Source: the human T2T-CHM13v2.0 reference genome, Homo sapiens. From it: 64,000 nucleotides of DNA. A model generated the notes under the pieces. It saw only the letters and a list, made by a program, of their open reading frames with translations. It had not been told where the DNA came from and ran no database searches. Shown piece after piece: positions 44,578-56,925 of this stretch (position 1 is the stretch's first letter; each line of letters starts with the position of its first letter). The stretch lies in the NCBI RefSeq assembly GCF_009914755.1, contig NC_060925.1. One strand, given 5' to 3'. The translations under genes were made by a program, and so were the position numbers.

Positions 44578-44916
44578 CACAGTAGGCTGTCTACAAGCTT
44601 GAGGAGCAAGGAGAGCCAGTCCAAGTCTCAAACATCGGACTTGAAGTCCGATGTTTGAGGGGAGGAAGTATCCAGCACGGGAGAAAGATGTAGGCTGAGA
44701 GGCTAAGCCAGTCTTGCATTTTCATGTTTTTCTGCCTTCTTTATATTTGTTGGCAGCTGATTAGATTGTGCTCACCAGATTAAGGGTGAGTCTGCTTCCC
44801 CAAGCTCATTGATTCAAATGTTACTCTCCTTTGGCAACACTCTCACAGACACACCCAGGAACAATACTTTGCATCCTTCAACCCAATCAAGTTGACACTC
44901 AGTATTAACCATCACA
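44578..44916 (-). mobile_element. MLT2A (HERV-L 3' LTR), 3' end rearranged
   Basis: GGCAGCTGATTAGATTGTGC, CAAGTTGACACTCAGTATTAACCATCACA (reverse complement of the TGTGATGG start). Confidence 0.92.
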
Positions 44917-45631
44917 AGTCCAGCCCTTGTCAACTTGAACCCATGCACATCTCCGAGATCATACATGATGTTCAAGTAAAGACAATAATAAGGTCATAAT
45001 TATGCATAACATAATACAACTATCCTTTGTACAACCGGAAACATACCAATCCCCAACCCAAATACTATTACATAAAGTTAACAATGCTTAAATGCTGATA
45101 TGAAGTCAATAAATCTATGTCACATGATAAAGGAAAATAGAAGATATTTTCTTAGTACAAGGGTATACATGCATAAACATGTTTTTAATAAAAGAAGGAG
45201 GAAATACCCATTACAGTTACAGTCCTCTTTCTGCAGCTGGTCATGTAGTTGTAGCTGGTATCGATGATTACCTTCTTCTACTACCCATTCTGTATTCCCT
45301 TCACCTTCAGCAAGCATCTCAGCAGGTCCTGCTGGCGGAGCAACCCAAGCCTTCATTCGTGAGGGGTCTGGGCCATTTGTAGTCCTGCCTGGATGGGGCT
45401 GTTGTACTTTCCCATTGACCTTAATAACAGAGCATGGTAATACTAAGAAATGCCCTAATGGATCTCCTGTATTTCATGCATACTCTTCCTTAACTCCATA
45501 TGGAGTAATAGACTGATTTCATCTTGATAGTCTGGGTCAATCACCCCAGACAACACTGTAACTCTCTCCGTGGCTTGTTGACTTAAAGGTAGGGGGAGCC
45601 CAAAGTGTCCAGGTGGCAATCTGGTGGCAAT
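44917..45631 (-). mobile_element. HERV-L internal 3' fragment (end of the pol/dUTPase region and PPT)
   Basis: ORF 45120-45356 (PAEMLAEGEGNTEWVVEEG.HRYQL) resembles the HERV-L C-terminal peptide; contiguous with MLT2A. Confidence 0.88.
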
Positions 45632-46624
45632 TGCTGGCCATTAATCCACTTTGAATTAACTTTTGTATATAGTGTGAGGTAGAGGTCAAAGTACATTGTT
45701 TTGCCTTTGGACATCCAATATTCCCAGAACCATATGTTGAAGATACAATTATTTCCGTATTGAATGGTCTTGCAACATTTGTTCAAAATCAGTTGGCAAC
45801 AGATGTATAGTTTAACTTCTGACTCTTAATTTCTTTCTACTCTTCTAATATATTTATTCTTATGCCAGTATCACATTGTTTTGATAACTATAGTTTTGTA
45901 GTAAGTTTTAAGATCCAGAAATTTGAGTCCTTCAGATTTACCATTTTTTGAAGTAATTTTGACTATTTGGATTCCAACTGGAATTACAGATTACCTTTTC
46001 CATTTCTGCACAAAATGTCATGGATATGTTAATTAAGATTACACTGAATGTGTAGATCATTTTGGACAATATTGCTACTTAACATTAAGTCTTCCAATTT
46101 ATGAACAAGAGATGCCTTTCAATTTATTTAAATCTTCTCCAATTTCTGTCAGCAATGTTTTATAATTTCTAGTCTACAACTCTTTCAATTTCTTTATTAA
46201 ATTTATTCTTTTGTATGCTATTACTTAGAATTGCTGGACTTGAATTTATTTTCTTAATTGCCTTTTTAGATAGCTCATTGTTAGTATATGAAAATATAAC
46301 TGATTTTTGAGTTGTCTGCAATTTTGCTAAATTTCTTTAACTTGTAATATTTTTGTGGATTGTTTGAGGTTTTCTATGTACAAGATCATGTCTTCTGTGA
46401 ATATAGCTTGAATTCTATTTATCCGATCTGGATGTCTTTTATTTCTTATTCTTGCCTAATTAGGCTCACAGAATTTTCAGTACAATAAATAACAGTGAGA
46501 AAATAGTGTCTTATTCGTGATTCCACGGGGAAAAATGTTGTCTTTTACCCATGAGTATGATGCTACCTGTGAATTTTTCATAAATATTCTTTATTATATT
46601 GCAAAAGTTTCCTTCTACAGGGTT

Positions 46625-46890
46625 TCTATACATCTTATATACATATACTTGTATGTAACTACATATATACACATATATAGAAACTTATACATACATGTTT
46701 CTACATACTTCTATACATACACATAGAGTATATAAGTATATATACCTGTATACATATAGATACACACATATATATACATACATTTGTATGTATATGGGTG
46801 TATATATGTACATACGTAGGGTTGTGTGTGTATATATATACCCCTGTACTTATATTAATGTCTCTGTCTATATCTATACAGTATTCTATA
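46625..46890. repeat. Degenerate (TA/CA/TG) low-complexity tract
   Basis: Seen directly. Confidence 0.9.
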
Positions 46891-48639
46891 TAATTTTGCT
46901 TACCATAGAATTCTTGGTTGACAGTTGATATTTTTCCCCCATCACTTTAAAAAATGTTTTTCTACTTCCTCTAACCTCTGTCATTTCTGATAAGAAATTT
47001 GTTGTTAATCTTACTGTGCATCTTTTGTATATTGTAAGTTGCCTCTCTCACTACTTTCAAGATTTTTTGTCCTTGGCTTTTGAACATTATATTACAATGT
47101 ATCTTGGTGCAGGTCTCCTTTTGTTTATCCTCCTGGGTTTCACTGAACTCTTGAATTTGTGGATTTGTGTGTTTTATTAAATTTGGAAGCTTTTGATTAT
47201 TATTGATTTAAACATTCTCTCTTCTTTTTTTTTCTTTGGGGATTCTTACTGGTACATTGATAATATTACACAGGTCTCAGGCTCTGTTAATTTCTTCTTC
47301 CTTCTTTTTTTTCTCTGTTCCTCTGACTGGATCATTTTAACTGGTATATCTTCAAGTTTACTGATTCTTTCTTCTACCTGCTTAAAAATACTATTAAAAT
47401 TCTGCAGTTGGTTTTTCATTTTAGTTACTTTACTTCTCAGCTCTCAATTTTTTGCCTGGTTAGTTTTATAATTTCAATCTCTTTATTGATATTCTCTATT
47501 GGATTCATATGTCAATCTCCTGGCTTCTTTTAGCTGTTTGACAATCATTTCTCTTTAGTTCTTTGAGCATATTTAAGATAGTTCATTTGAAGTCTTTGTC
47601 TAGGAAGTCCAAAAGTTGTGCTTTCTCAGGGATAGTTTTTCTTCTGAAAATAGCCTGCACTCTCTTTTCCCTTTGCATGCTTCATAATTTTCTTGTTCTT
47701 GTTGAAAACGAACTATTTTGAATGTCATAATTGGTAACTCTGGAAATCGAATGCTTGCCTCTCCTCAGATTTGTCTTCATCAATTGCTAATAGGCTGTAG
47801 TTGTTTGTTTAGTCAGACTTGTAAACTATTTCTTATAATAAAGTCTGAGTTCTTTATAATTTGTGTTATCTGAAGTCTGTGGTTCTGTAGTTATGTTCAG
47901 CTAGTGTTTTGACATTTTCTTGAATGCCTGAAGCCAAAAGAGAAGAGAGAAAGGAAATAGAAAAAGAGAGAAGCCTGCTTATGCATAGCTTTGCCTTAGT
48001 CTTCTTTTTCCCCCTTACACTGAGCCTAGAGATCAGCCAGAGGTAAAAGCTAGGAAGTTCTTAGGTCTTTTCTGCATATGTCCTGTCCTGGGTACATGTG
48101 TGGTTTTTTAAATTCCCCAGTATACATGAATGCTTTCTAATGCCCTAATTTTTCCAAGAAACTGTATCCTTGGCCTGTCTTCCTAGGCTTTTGATGCTCT
48201 GTTTTATTACTTGATGACAATCCTTTGTTCCTGGTTACTGAATTTTTTTTTTCACTTTAAGTTTTTGAGTAATGTTCTCTGCTTTTCTCTGCCATAACTG
48301 AGTTCTGAGTTAGATGAAACAAAGACAAGTATGTGTCAGAACTTCAGGGAGCCCACAGACAAATACTCTTCTTTGCAAATAAGATATGTTCTTGTTCCTC
48401 CAGACTAGGATCGAGGGTGTCCTACTTGGAACACAAGCTGCTCTCTTTAACACCACCGATGAGTGGGGAAAGAGCAAGTCAAAATGCCACAAAGCTTTCT
48501 TACTCTTTCTTAGGTTGTCTTTTCCTTGATACAACATACGCTTGATTTTTCCCTATTTCTGTGGAGAGATGGGCCCATGGAGATGCCTACTTGCCATTTT
48601 CTCAGCCATTCACCTGTTTCTATATTTTCAGTTAGAGTA

Positions 48640-49200
48640 AGATGAAGTGATGAAGATTTAAAGCTAGGATCTGAAATGTGTAAAATGGAAACCTGGAAGA
48701 ATTAAAGAGTCAATATATGAGAAAACAGTATAATTGTCTGAAGCCATTGAAAACTTCTTAGGCTTATTGTCACACTTTTAGAGTAAAATCAGTCAGTATG
48801 ATAGTATTATACTGTGCTGTTTTACAGTCACTTGCATTATGCATGGGGTGGGCAGAGAGAGATTTGAAAAGGGCCTGGGGTTCTGATAAAATGAGTACAA
48901 TTAAGCAAGTGAGAGTTAAGGAGTTTAATGTTGCATCCAACATCCACAGTTTAATGGTGACTGTAATGAATGAAGTTTCACTAACTTTAAGTTAGGTGAA
49001 GAAGGGAGTACATGAGAGGTCAGTGACAGAGTAAAACCGTTCAGGACGGTCAATACTATGACCCCACAGGACGTCCAGTGGGGTCATAGTATTGTTGGAT
49101 TCAGGCTTCAAGTCAGAGAAACCTGGAAAGATTGAGGGCAACTGGTGAGTGTGATGTTTGAAACAGAGATTATGGAGGGGGTAAAGTCATTAATAACATC
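48640..49200 (-). mobile_element. LINE-2 ORF fragment
   Basis: Purine-rich L2-like motifs (TGTTTGAAACAGAGATTATGGAGGGG, GTTTAATGGTGACTGTAATG). Confidence 0.5.
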
Positions 49201-50721
49201 ATTTTGTTACTTGAACAATAGGCTACAGACTCTAAACTGCCTATACACATATTTTTAACGTCATAATATACCACCTTTCCTCCCATCTGTTTCCAATGAT
49301 TCAGTCTTATGGCTATTTTTTACTTCCTTGAATACATCAAATTTATTTCAGTTTCATACACCCTTACCCTTACCTTATCTTCAACATAGAGCACCCTGTG
49401 GTCAAATCATTAAGTGGTTAGCTCAAAGGTGATCACAAACAAGTTTTCTCTGACCATCCAATTTAAAGGTGTCTCTGCCACTTAATTATTCTTCTTACAC
49501 AGATAAACACATACATACACACACACACATCTCTATGTCTCTCTGATTTACAGACATAACCTGATTTGATTGTTTTTCACTTTATTTCAATTTGAGGATA
49601 CAGTATTCTTTAAATTGAAAGATTATGGCAACTCTGTGTCCAGCAATTCTATTAGACCATTATTCCAAAAGCATGTCCTCATTTTATTTTTCTGTGTCAC
49701 ATTTTGGTAATTATCACAATATTTCAACCTTTTTAGTTATTATCTGTCATAGTGATCTATGATCAGTGATCATTGATGTTACTGTTATGATTGTTTTGGA
49801 GAAACACAAACTGTGCCATATAAGATGGTGAACTTAATTGATAAATGTTGTGTGTGTTCTGACTCTTCCACTAACTGGCTATTTCCCCATTTCTCTCTCT
49901 CACATCAGATCTCTCTATACCCTGAGACAAAACAATTTTGAAATTAGGTCACCTAATCACCTTATGATGGTCTCTAAGTGCTTAAGAGAAAGAAATAGTC
50001 ATACATAACTCACTTTAAATAAAAGTTAGAAATGATTAAGCTTACTGAGGAAGATATGTTAAAAGTCAAAGTAGGCTGAAAGCTAGTTCTATTGTGCCTA
50101 AGACATAGCCAAGTTATGAATGCAAAGGAAACATAAGAAATATTCTTGAAGGAAAGTAAAGTGCTACTTCAGTGAAAACACAAATGATAATACATCAAAA
50201 CAGCTTTATTGCTGATATGGACATTTTTCATGATCTGGATAGAAGATCAAACTAACACATTATCTTAAACCAAAATCAAATCTAGAGGAAGATCCTCTCT
50301 TCAATTCTATAAAAGCCAAAAGAAGTCACGAAGCTACAGAAGAAAAGTCTGAAGCTTCCAGGGGTTGGTTCATGTGTTTTGGGGAAAGAAGCCATCTCCA
50401 TCACGTAAAAGTGCAAGGTGGAGCAGCAAGTCCTCAACCAGAAAAAAGATGATGTCTCATCGAAGGCTCAGATGAGTATTAGTATTTTTTAGCAATACAA
50501 AATAGCCAGTGAGGAAAAGTCAATGCCAGGTTTAAATCTTCCAGGGACAAGCTGACTCTCTTCTGAGGGGCTAATTCAACTGGTGACTTTAAGGTGAAGC
50601 CAATGCTTTGTACTATTATGAAAATCTTAAGGCCCTTGTGAATTACTAAAACTACTCTGCCTGTGTTCTGTAAATGCAACAAGAAATCTGAATGACAGCA
50701 TGTCTGTTTACAGTGTGCTTT

Positions 50722-50970
50722 ATGTTCTCACTCATAGGTGGGAATTGAACAATGAGAACACATGGACAAAGGAAGGGGAACATCACACACCGAGGCCTGT
50801 TGTGGGGTGGAGGGAGGGGGAGAGATAGCATTAGGAGATATACCTAATGTTAAATGATGAGTTAATGGGTGCAGCACACCAACACAGCACATGTATACAT
50901 ATGTAACTAACCTGCACGTTGTGCACATGTACCCTAAAACTTAAAGTATAATAATAAAAAATAATAATAA
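50722..50970 (+). mobile_element. L1PA (PA3/4-like) 3'-end fragment in Tigger1
   Basis: ATGTTCTCACTCATAGGTGGGAATTG...CCCTAAAACTTAAAGTATAATAA with tail. Confidence 0.95.
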
Positions 50971-51305
50971 ATATGTTAAGCCCACTGTTCAGAACTACTA
51001 GCCAGAAAAAAAAAAAGATTTCTTTCATTTCATTCCTTGATCATTGACATTGCACCTGGTCACTTGAAAGCTCTGAGGAAGATGTACAAAGAGATTGATA
51101 TTGTTTTCATGCCTGCTAACATAACAGCCATTCTTCAGCCCATGGTTAAAAAAATATAAATTTTATGCTTTTTATTTAGGAAATACATTTTGTAAGTCTG
51201 TAGCTGCCCTAGATAGCAATTCCTTTGATGGAATTAGGCAAAGTAAATTGAAAATCTCTTGAAAAGATTTACCACTGTAGATGCCTTTAACAGTATCTGT
51301 GACTT

Positions 51306-51594
51306 GGCCAGGCATGGTGGCTCATGCCTGTAATCCCAGCACTTATGCGGGTGGATCACCTGAGGCCAGGAGTTTGTGAGCAGCCTGACCAATATACAGT
51401 GAAACACAGTCTCTACTAAAAATACAAAAATTATCTGGGTGTAGTGGCACACACCTGTAGTCCTAGCTACTTCGGAAGCTGAGGAGGAGAATCGTTTGAA
51501 CCCAGGAGGTAGAAGTTGTAGTGAGCCGAGATCATTCCACTGAACTTCAGCCTGGGTGACAGAGCGAGACTCTGTCAAAAAAAAAAAAAAAAAA
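51306..51594 (+). mobile_element. AluS (Sx/Sz-like) in Tigger1
   Basis: Dimeric Alu with a short left-arm deletion, A18 tail, TSD remnant GTGACTT/GCGACTT. Confidence 0.93.
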
Positions 51595-53992
51595 GCGACT
51601 TATGGGAGAATGTCAAAATAGTAACATTAACAGCAGTTGGGAGGAAGTTGATACCAACCGTCATGGACGACTTCAAGGGGTTTAAGACTTCAGTAAACAC
51701 AATAACTGCAGATATGGAGGAAATAGCAAGAGAACTAGAATTAGAAGTGGAGGTGAAGATGTGAGATGTGACTGAATTGCTGAAATCTCATGGTAAAACT
51801 TGAACAGATGAGGAGTTGCTTTTTATGGATAAGGAAAGACAGTGTATTTTTGAAATCTGCACTTGGTGAAGATGCTATGAAAATTGTTGAAGTGAAAGTA
51901 AAGGATTTAGAATATTTCATAACTTATTTGATGAAGCAGCCACAGGTTTTAAAAAGATGAACTTCAATTTTAAAAGTTCTACTGTGAGTAAAATCTTATC
52001 AAACAGCATCATGTGCTACAGAAAAATCTTTCATGAAAGGAAGTGTCAGACAATGTAGCAAACTTCATTGCTGTCTTATTCTAAGAAATCTCCACAGCCA
52101 CCTCAACTTTCAGCAAACACCTCCCTGATCAGTCAGCAGCCATCGGCACTGAGGTATGAGCCTCCCCCAGCCAAAAGACTGTCTCTCCCTGAAGGCTCAG
52201 ATGATTGTTAGCACTTTTTAGCAAAAATGTACTTTCAATTAAAGTATGTAAGTTTTTTTAAGACATAATGCTATTGCATATTTAATAAACTATTAGTAAA
52301 GTGTAAACATAACTTTCATATGCACTGGGAAATTAAAAAAATTGTTGTGACTCACTTTATTGTAATATTTGTTTTACTGTGGTGGTCTGGAACTGAACCT
52401 ACATTATCTTTGAGTTATGTGTATACTTTCTTTGAAGCACTTACAATGATCAAACTTTATCTAGAACATTTGTTTATTAACAATTTTCTGTATTTCTTTC
52501 TGTATACTTTCCTAAAATAATGTTCATTTCAATTAGCAAAAGTCCTGAGTTCTCTATGCATAGCAAATAAAGCAGTAAGAATAAATGGAAAAATAAAAGA
52601 ATGCAAATGTTTGAATACATATTAATTATTTTGTACTATTGGTAGAATTGCTGCCTTTTAAATGTGCTCAAGTTTTCATAATTGAGCTGATAGCTAGGAT
52701 AAATTTGTAGCTTTTTTTTTTAAATAAAAGTGTTTAAATACCAGAAATCTTTTAGAATTCATATACTTATTTTTCCTTCTAAAAAGAAAACATTTATTAT
52801 TTTAAAATATTACCCTGATCATTGCCTTTTGATATGTTTGTTTTAGGAAAAAAAGAGAAAGTCTTTTATAGACATTATTCACAGAGATAGATGAGTTTGA
52901 AAGTACATTTTTATTGCCCACTTTAACTTAATGGGTTCTAGCACACAGAATAAAATAGAGTTTACACTGTGTCATTTACATTAGCATTAAATTGGTAAGG
53001 CTCACAGGACTCTCATCTGATGAGTTTGCTTGCCAATATAAAAAATGATCTTTGGATTATGTTTGACCCCTTACTGATCGTGCCTAGATGAAAATTCACC
53101 CTTTCAAACTAATAAAATCTCATGGTATTGACATTAATGTCTGATATGAAATGATAATGAGGGCTACAAAATATCTTCTAAAAAATCTTTAGTTTTCATT
53201 CAAACTTGGTAAATGTTGGATCACATTGCCCACTACTCAATTTATTATAGTTGCTTTCTAATGCAGATTCTTATTTTGTCTGAATTCAAGCCACGTTTGC
53301 ATTAACTACGGCTGTATGACAAACCCCCTTATTAAAAAGTTTCTAGTTTATTATTCTATATCTCATTTAAAAATATTACAATTATCAATACCAGTCTATA
53401 ACTACAATCCATATAAATATGTAAAAAAAAGTTTAGCCAATAAAACTTACAGAATCATAAAATCTCAGAATTAGAAGAATATTTTGGTTAAGATTTTTAA
53501 AATTATATCAAGTGAGTGAAGTGATAAAACACTGTAGAGCAAACCAACTCAATTTATGACCATAAACTTCTTTTGCAAATTTGTTGAATACATTTGAAAT
53601 GTGATCCTTGCGTTATTGCTTTTATGTTAGATCTTTGTGTTATGATTTTTTAAATACATACTGACTTATATAAATAGACTATTTCAAGAGGAAATGTTAT
53701 ATGTAGTCCATGAGAGCTTTTTAAAAAACTATGAATTCATGTGAAAAATGATAACGATAGGTTCTGACTGCATTTAAGAAGCTATAAGAGACTGAGTGGA
53801 AGAAGCCATGTCTGTCAAATGAATGGGTTGAAAAAAGGGGCTAGTGCACAGTACTTTAAATAAAATAATCAGAATTCAATAAAGTCATAGGTGTTGAGCA
53901 GGCACTGTTAATACAAAGATAGATATGTTGTTTTTCATAATTCAGTCTAGTTGGAGAGAAAGGAATATGAATAGAAAATTAAAATGCAGTGT

Positions 53993-56275
53993 TAGACTTC
54001 TGGTACAAGATGGCAGACTGGTTACATGAAAGTACTTATTCTAGCTCCTGAGACCATATTCAAATGAGAGCAAATGTACTGTGTTTTAAAATACAAAGTC
54101 TTTATTCTGAGACAATGAGGGGGCAGCATCACAGGATAAAATGTTTCCATGCAATTTGACAGAATTAAAAAGAAAACACTGTAACTCTATTACAAAGATT
54201 TTCTTGAATTTAACATATACATTCCTGTTATTATTATGAAAATATTAGTCACATCTGATTCACATACTTTATATATTCATTGAGAGTAATTTAATTGCTC
54301 CAAAAGATCTGTCTATGAAGAACAACTATCTTTTTAAATACCCAAAACTAATTTAGCAATTCTCTTTTAGATTTTTCTCATGATGAGCCTCCAGCTCCCA
54401 TTGCCTGATCTACCCACTTCCAGTTGGGAAAAGCAGTTCCCAAGGCTTAGCCTAAACATAAAAATAGTATAACTGTAAGCCTGAAAAAGTCACTATAAGA
54501 AGCTAAGGTAAATATATGAATGCTATAATTAATATCCTAGATAAATGAGTATGTTGCATCTATGTAAAAGAATGGGATACCTTGGGGAAAAATAAAGTAT
54601 AATAAAGAACTTTCATATATATATATATACACACACATAAATATACATATATATACATACATATACACACACATATATATGTGTGTGTGTGTGTGTGTAT
54701 ATATATATCCCAAAGCAGATAGTATACAGGTTAGAAAAAAGTTAAAGTTGTCATTCAGAAAGTTGAACAAAACACAAAGATATGAAAATGTGATAGGAAG
54801 AAAAGGTTAAACATCAATCCCCAAAGTAAAATACTAAATAGAGTTATACATAAAAGAGGGATAGAGATAAAAGAGGGAATGGGTAGGGAAAAGTTAGCAG
54901 AGGTATTACAAAAAAAATCCAGAAATGAAAATGCTCATCATGCATTCACTTTGTGAAAAATAATGCATATTTAGACACATTATTGTAAAATTTCAAAATA
55001 TCAAAAATAAGAGAACATCCTAAAAACTTTCAGAGGAGAAACAAAACAGATCAGCTACAACCAAGAATCAGATCACCATCAGACTTATTAACAGTAATAA
55101 TTAGTAGTAGGAAGCAAAGATGAAAGGCCATCAAATGACATGGAAAAAATTATTTCATAGTTTTATTCTGAGCCGAGCTAGAAAATTGAATGAGTCTTTT
55201 ATGAGAACAAAATAAATGTATTTCAGATAATCTAAACTCGAAAATTTTAATTCTTCTCTATCCTTTTTTTTAAAGTCACTTAAACATACACACTAGCAAA
55301 AAATGTAAATAAAATGAACAGAAAGAAGTGACATCTGGAAAACATCCAGATTCATCCATGAATCTATCTAGTTGAGGAATAACATTCTGTACAAGCATGA
55401 CATTTTTGTAGAGGCTCAAGATCCAATCAATTAGGATTGTAAAACAGAAGGAAAGGACACTCAGAAAGGAAATCTCTTGTAAGTATTAAGTATAAATGGT
55501 AAAATTCCTTCAAAAAATGAGGACACGGTAAAGAAAAGTGGTGAAATAAATAAAAAGAATATGTTCTGCTATGATTATAGTAACATTCTGTTTGAGATAT
55601 ACAGGGTTCTGATATTTTCTCTATAAAGAAGGAAATATAAAAATGGTATACTACTTTTTATTGAAAAATACGTAGACTAAAACAATTTATATATGAATTA
55701 TAAGAATTTACGAATAGGTAAATAATGAAATATAAATGTAACCACCATTGACAAAATCAAGTTGCAGATAACTAAAGCGGCTGAGAGACACATTGATTAA
55801 GGAGATGGCGAGGCATTTGAGTGACTAATGGTCTCCTCTTATAAAATTAGAAGATTAGAGGTATGGTCTATGGTTGATGGATTAAAGAACAATTCCAGCA
55901 TGCCATGTGAAACTTCAGGGGAAATCAGCGGAGTTATCAAGAGTAATGTTACAAATTGGTTTTCCCAAAACAGTACCATCCAGTTAGCACACTCTTTTAC
56001 TCTCAGATGTATACAAGTTTAGAAAATAAATAATGTGATACTTTAGTTATAAATAAACTGAGAAAAATAGGAAAGTAAATGGCATGATTTGGTATAAAAA
56101 TTATTAGTCATAAAAGAAATTTAAGTAGACACTAGGAAACAGAAAACAGAGAGTTATATGTGGAGAATAACAGTGTGGCTAATTTGTTGGAATGGGGTAC
56201 TTTTTATTTCATTATAAACCTTTTTTTCCTATTTTATTTTTAATTGGTGTAATTTTTACTTTAAAAAAATAAAAA
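53993..56275 (+). mobile_element. Ancient L1-related element with 5' end and ORF1 (HAL1- or L1ME-like)
   Basis: GACTTCTGGTACAAGATGGCAG 5' motif; ORF1-like AGACACATTATTGTAAAATTTCA...ATCCTAAAAACTTTCAGAG...GAATCAGAT..CATCAGACTT. Confidence 0.55.
54615..54708. repeat. (TA)/(CA)/(TG) compound, self-complementary microsatellite
   Basis: Seen directly. Confidence 0.93.
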
Positions 56276-56284
56276 TATATTATG

Positions 56285-56925
56285 GTAATTGTCAAGGATA
56301 TATAACAAATGGAACTCTTAAACACTATCAGTAGAAGTGTGAAATGGTAAAACCACTTTGGAAAATGCTTGTTTAATTTCTACTAAAGCTGAATAAAAAT
56401 ATATCTTATTTCCCAGAAATTTCACCCTTAAATATGGAACACAGCAAAAATCATTATGGAAAAATGAGAAGTATATTTATAGGAGCATTTTTGCAATGTC
56501 CCAAAACTCAGGACAACCAAAATCCATTAATTTCAGATTAGAAAATATATTAAGACGTATTCATTTTATCAAACACTATACAGCAAGAGAAGGACCATTC
56601 TAGAACTACAGGTAATAGCATCGATTAATATCAAAAAAATATTGAGTAAAAAATATGTAAAAACAAAAGATTAGGTAATCTATTATGCCCTTTCATAGTT
56701 CAAACAGGCAAAACAAATCTATAGTGTTAGGCATCAGAATACTGTTACTTTCATAGAGAATGCAATAGTGATCAGAAAGAGAAAAAAGGCATGTTTTTGC
56801 AGTGCTATTAATATTTTATTTGTATAAGATTTACCTAGATGTTTTCATGATGTGATGATCATGTAATGATTTGCATATTTTTTGTACATATGTTAAATGC
56901 CAATAAAATACGTCTAAAATATAGT
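56285..56925 (+). mobile_element. L1ME-type 3' fragment
   Basis: AAATGGTAAAACCACTTTGGAAAA, TTCAAACAGGCAAAACAAATCTATAGTGTTAG, CAATAAAA end. Confidence 0.7.

Larger units (their letters stand above)
44415..48580 (-). mobile_element. Old, internally deleted L1M (L1MB/MC-type): 3' UTR end, ORF2 piece, ORF1 and 5' region
   Basis: Antisense 3' end at 44415-44510; ORF2 motifs at 45640-46620 (GAATTAACTTTTGTATATAGTGTGAGGTAG, ACAAGATCATGTCTTCTG); ORF1-like 46900-47580. Confidence 0.75.
49551..52423 (+). mobile_element. Tigger1 DNA transposon, near full length, with a decayed transposase
   Basis: TA-flanked degenerate TIRs (CAGACATAACC.../GAGTTATGTGTA); transposase motifs (GAAATGATTAAGCTTACTGAGGAAG, AAGTGCAAGGTG); nested L1PA and Alu. 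Confidence 0.93.

Noticed and set aside
49960-51900. Possible domesticated Tigger transposase (TIGD-like)
   Set aside because: Many stops, an internal replacement and two retroelement insertions.
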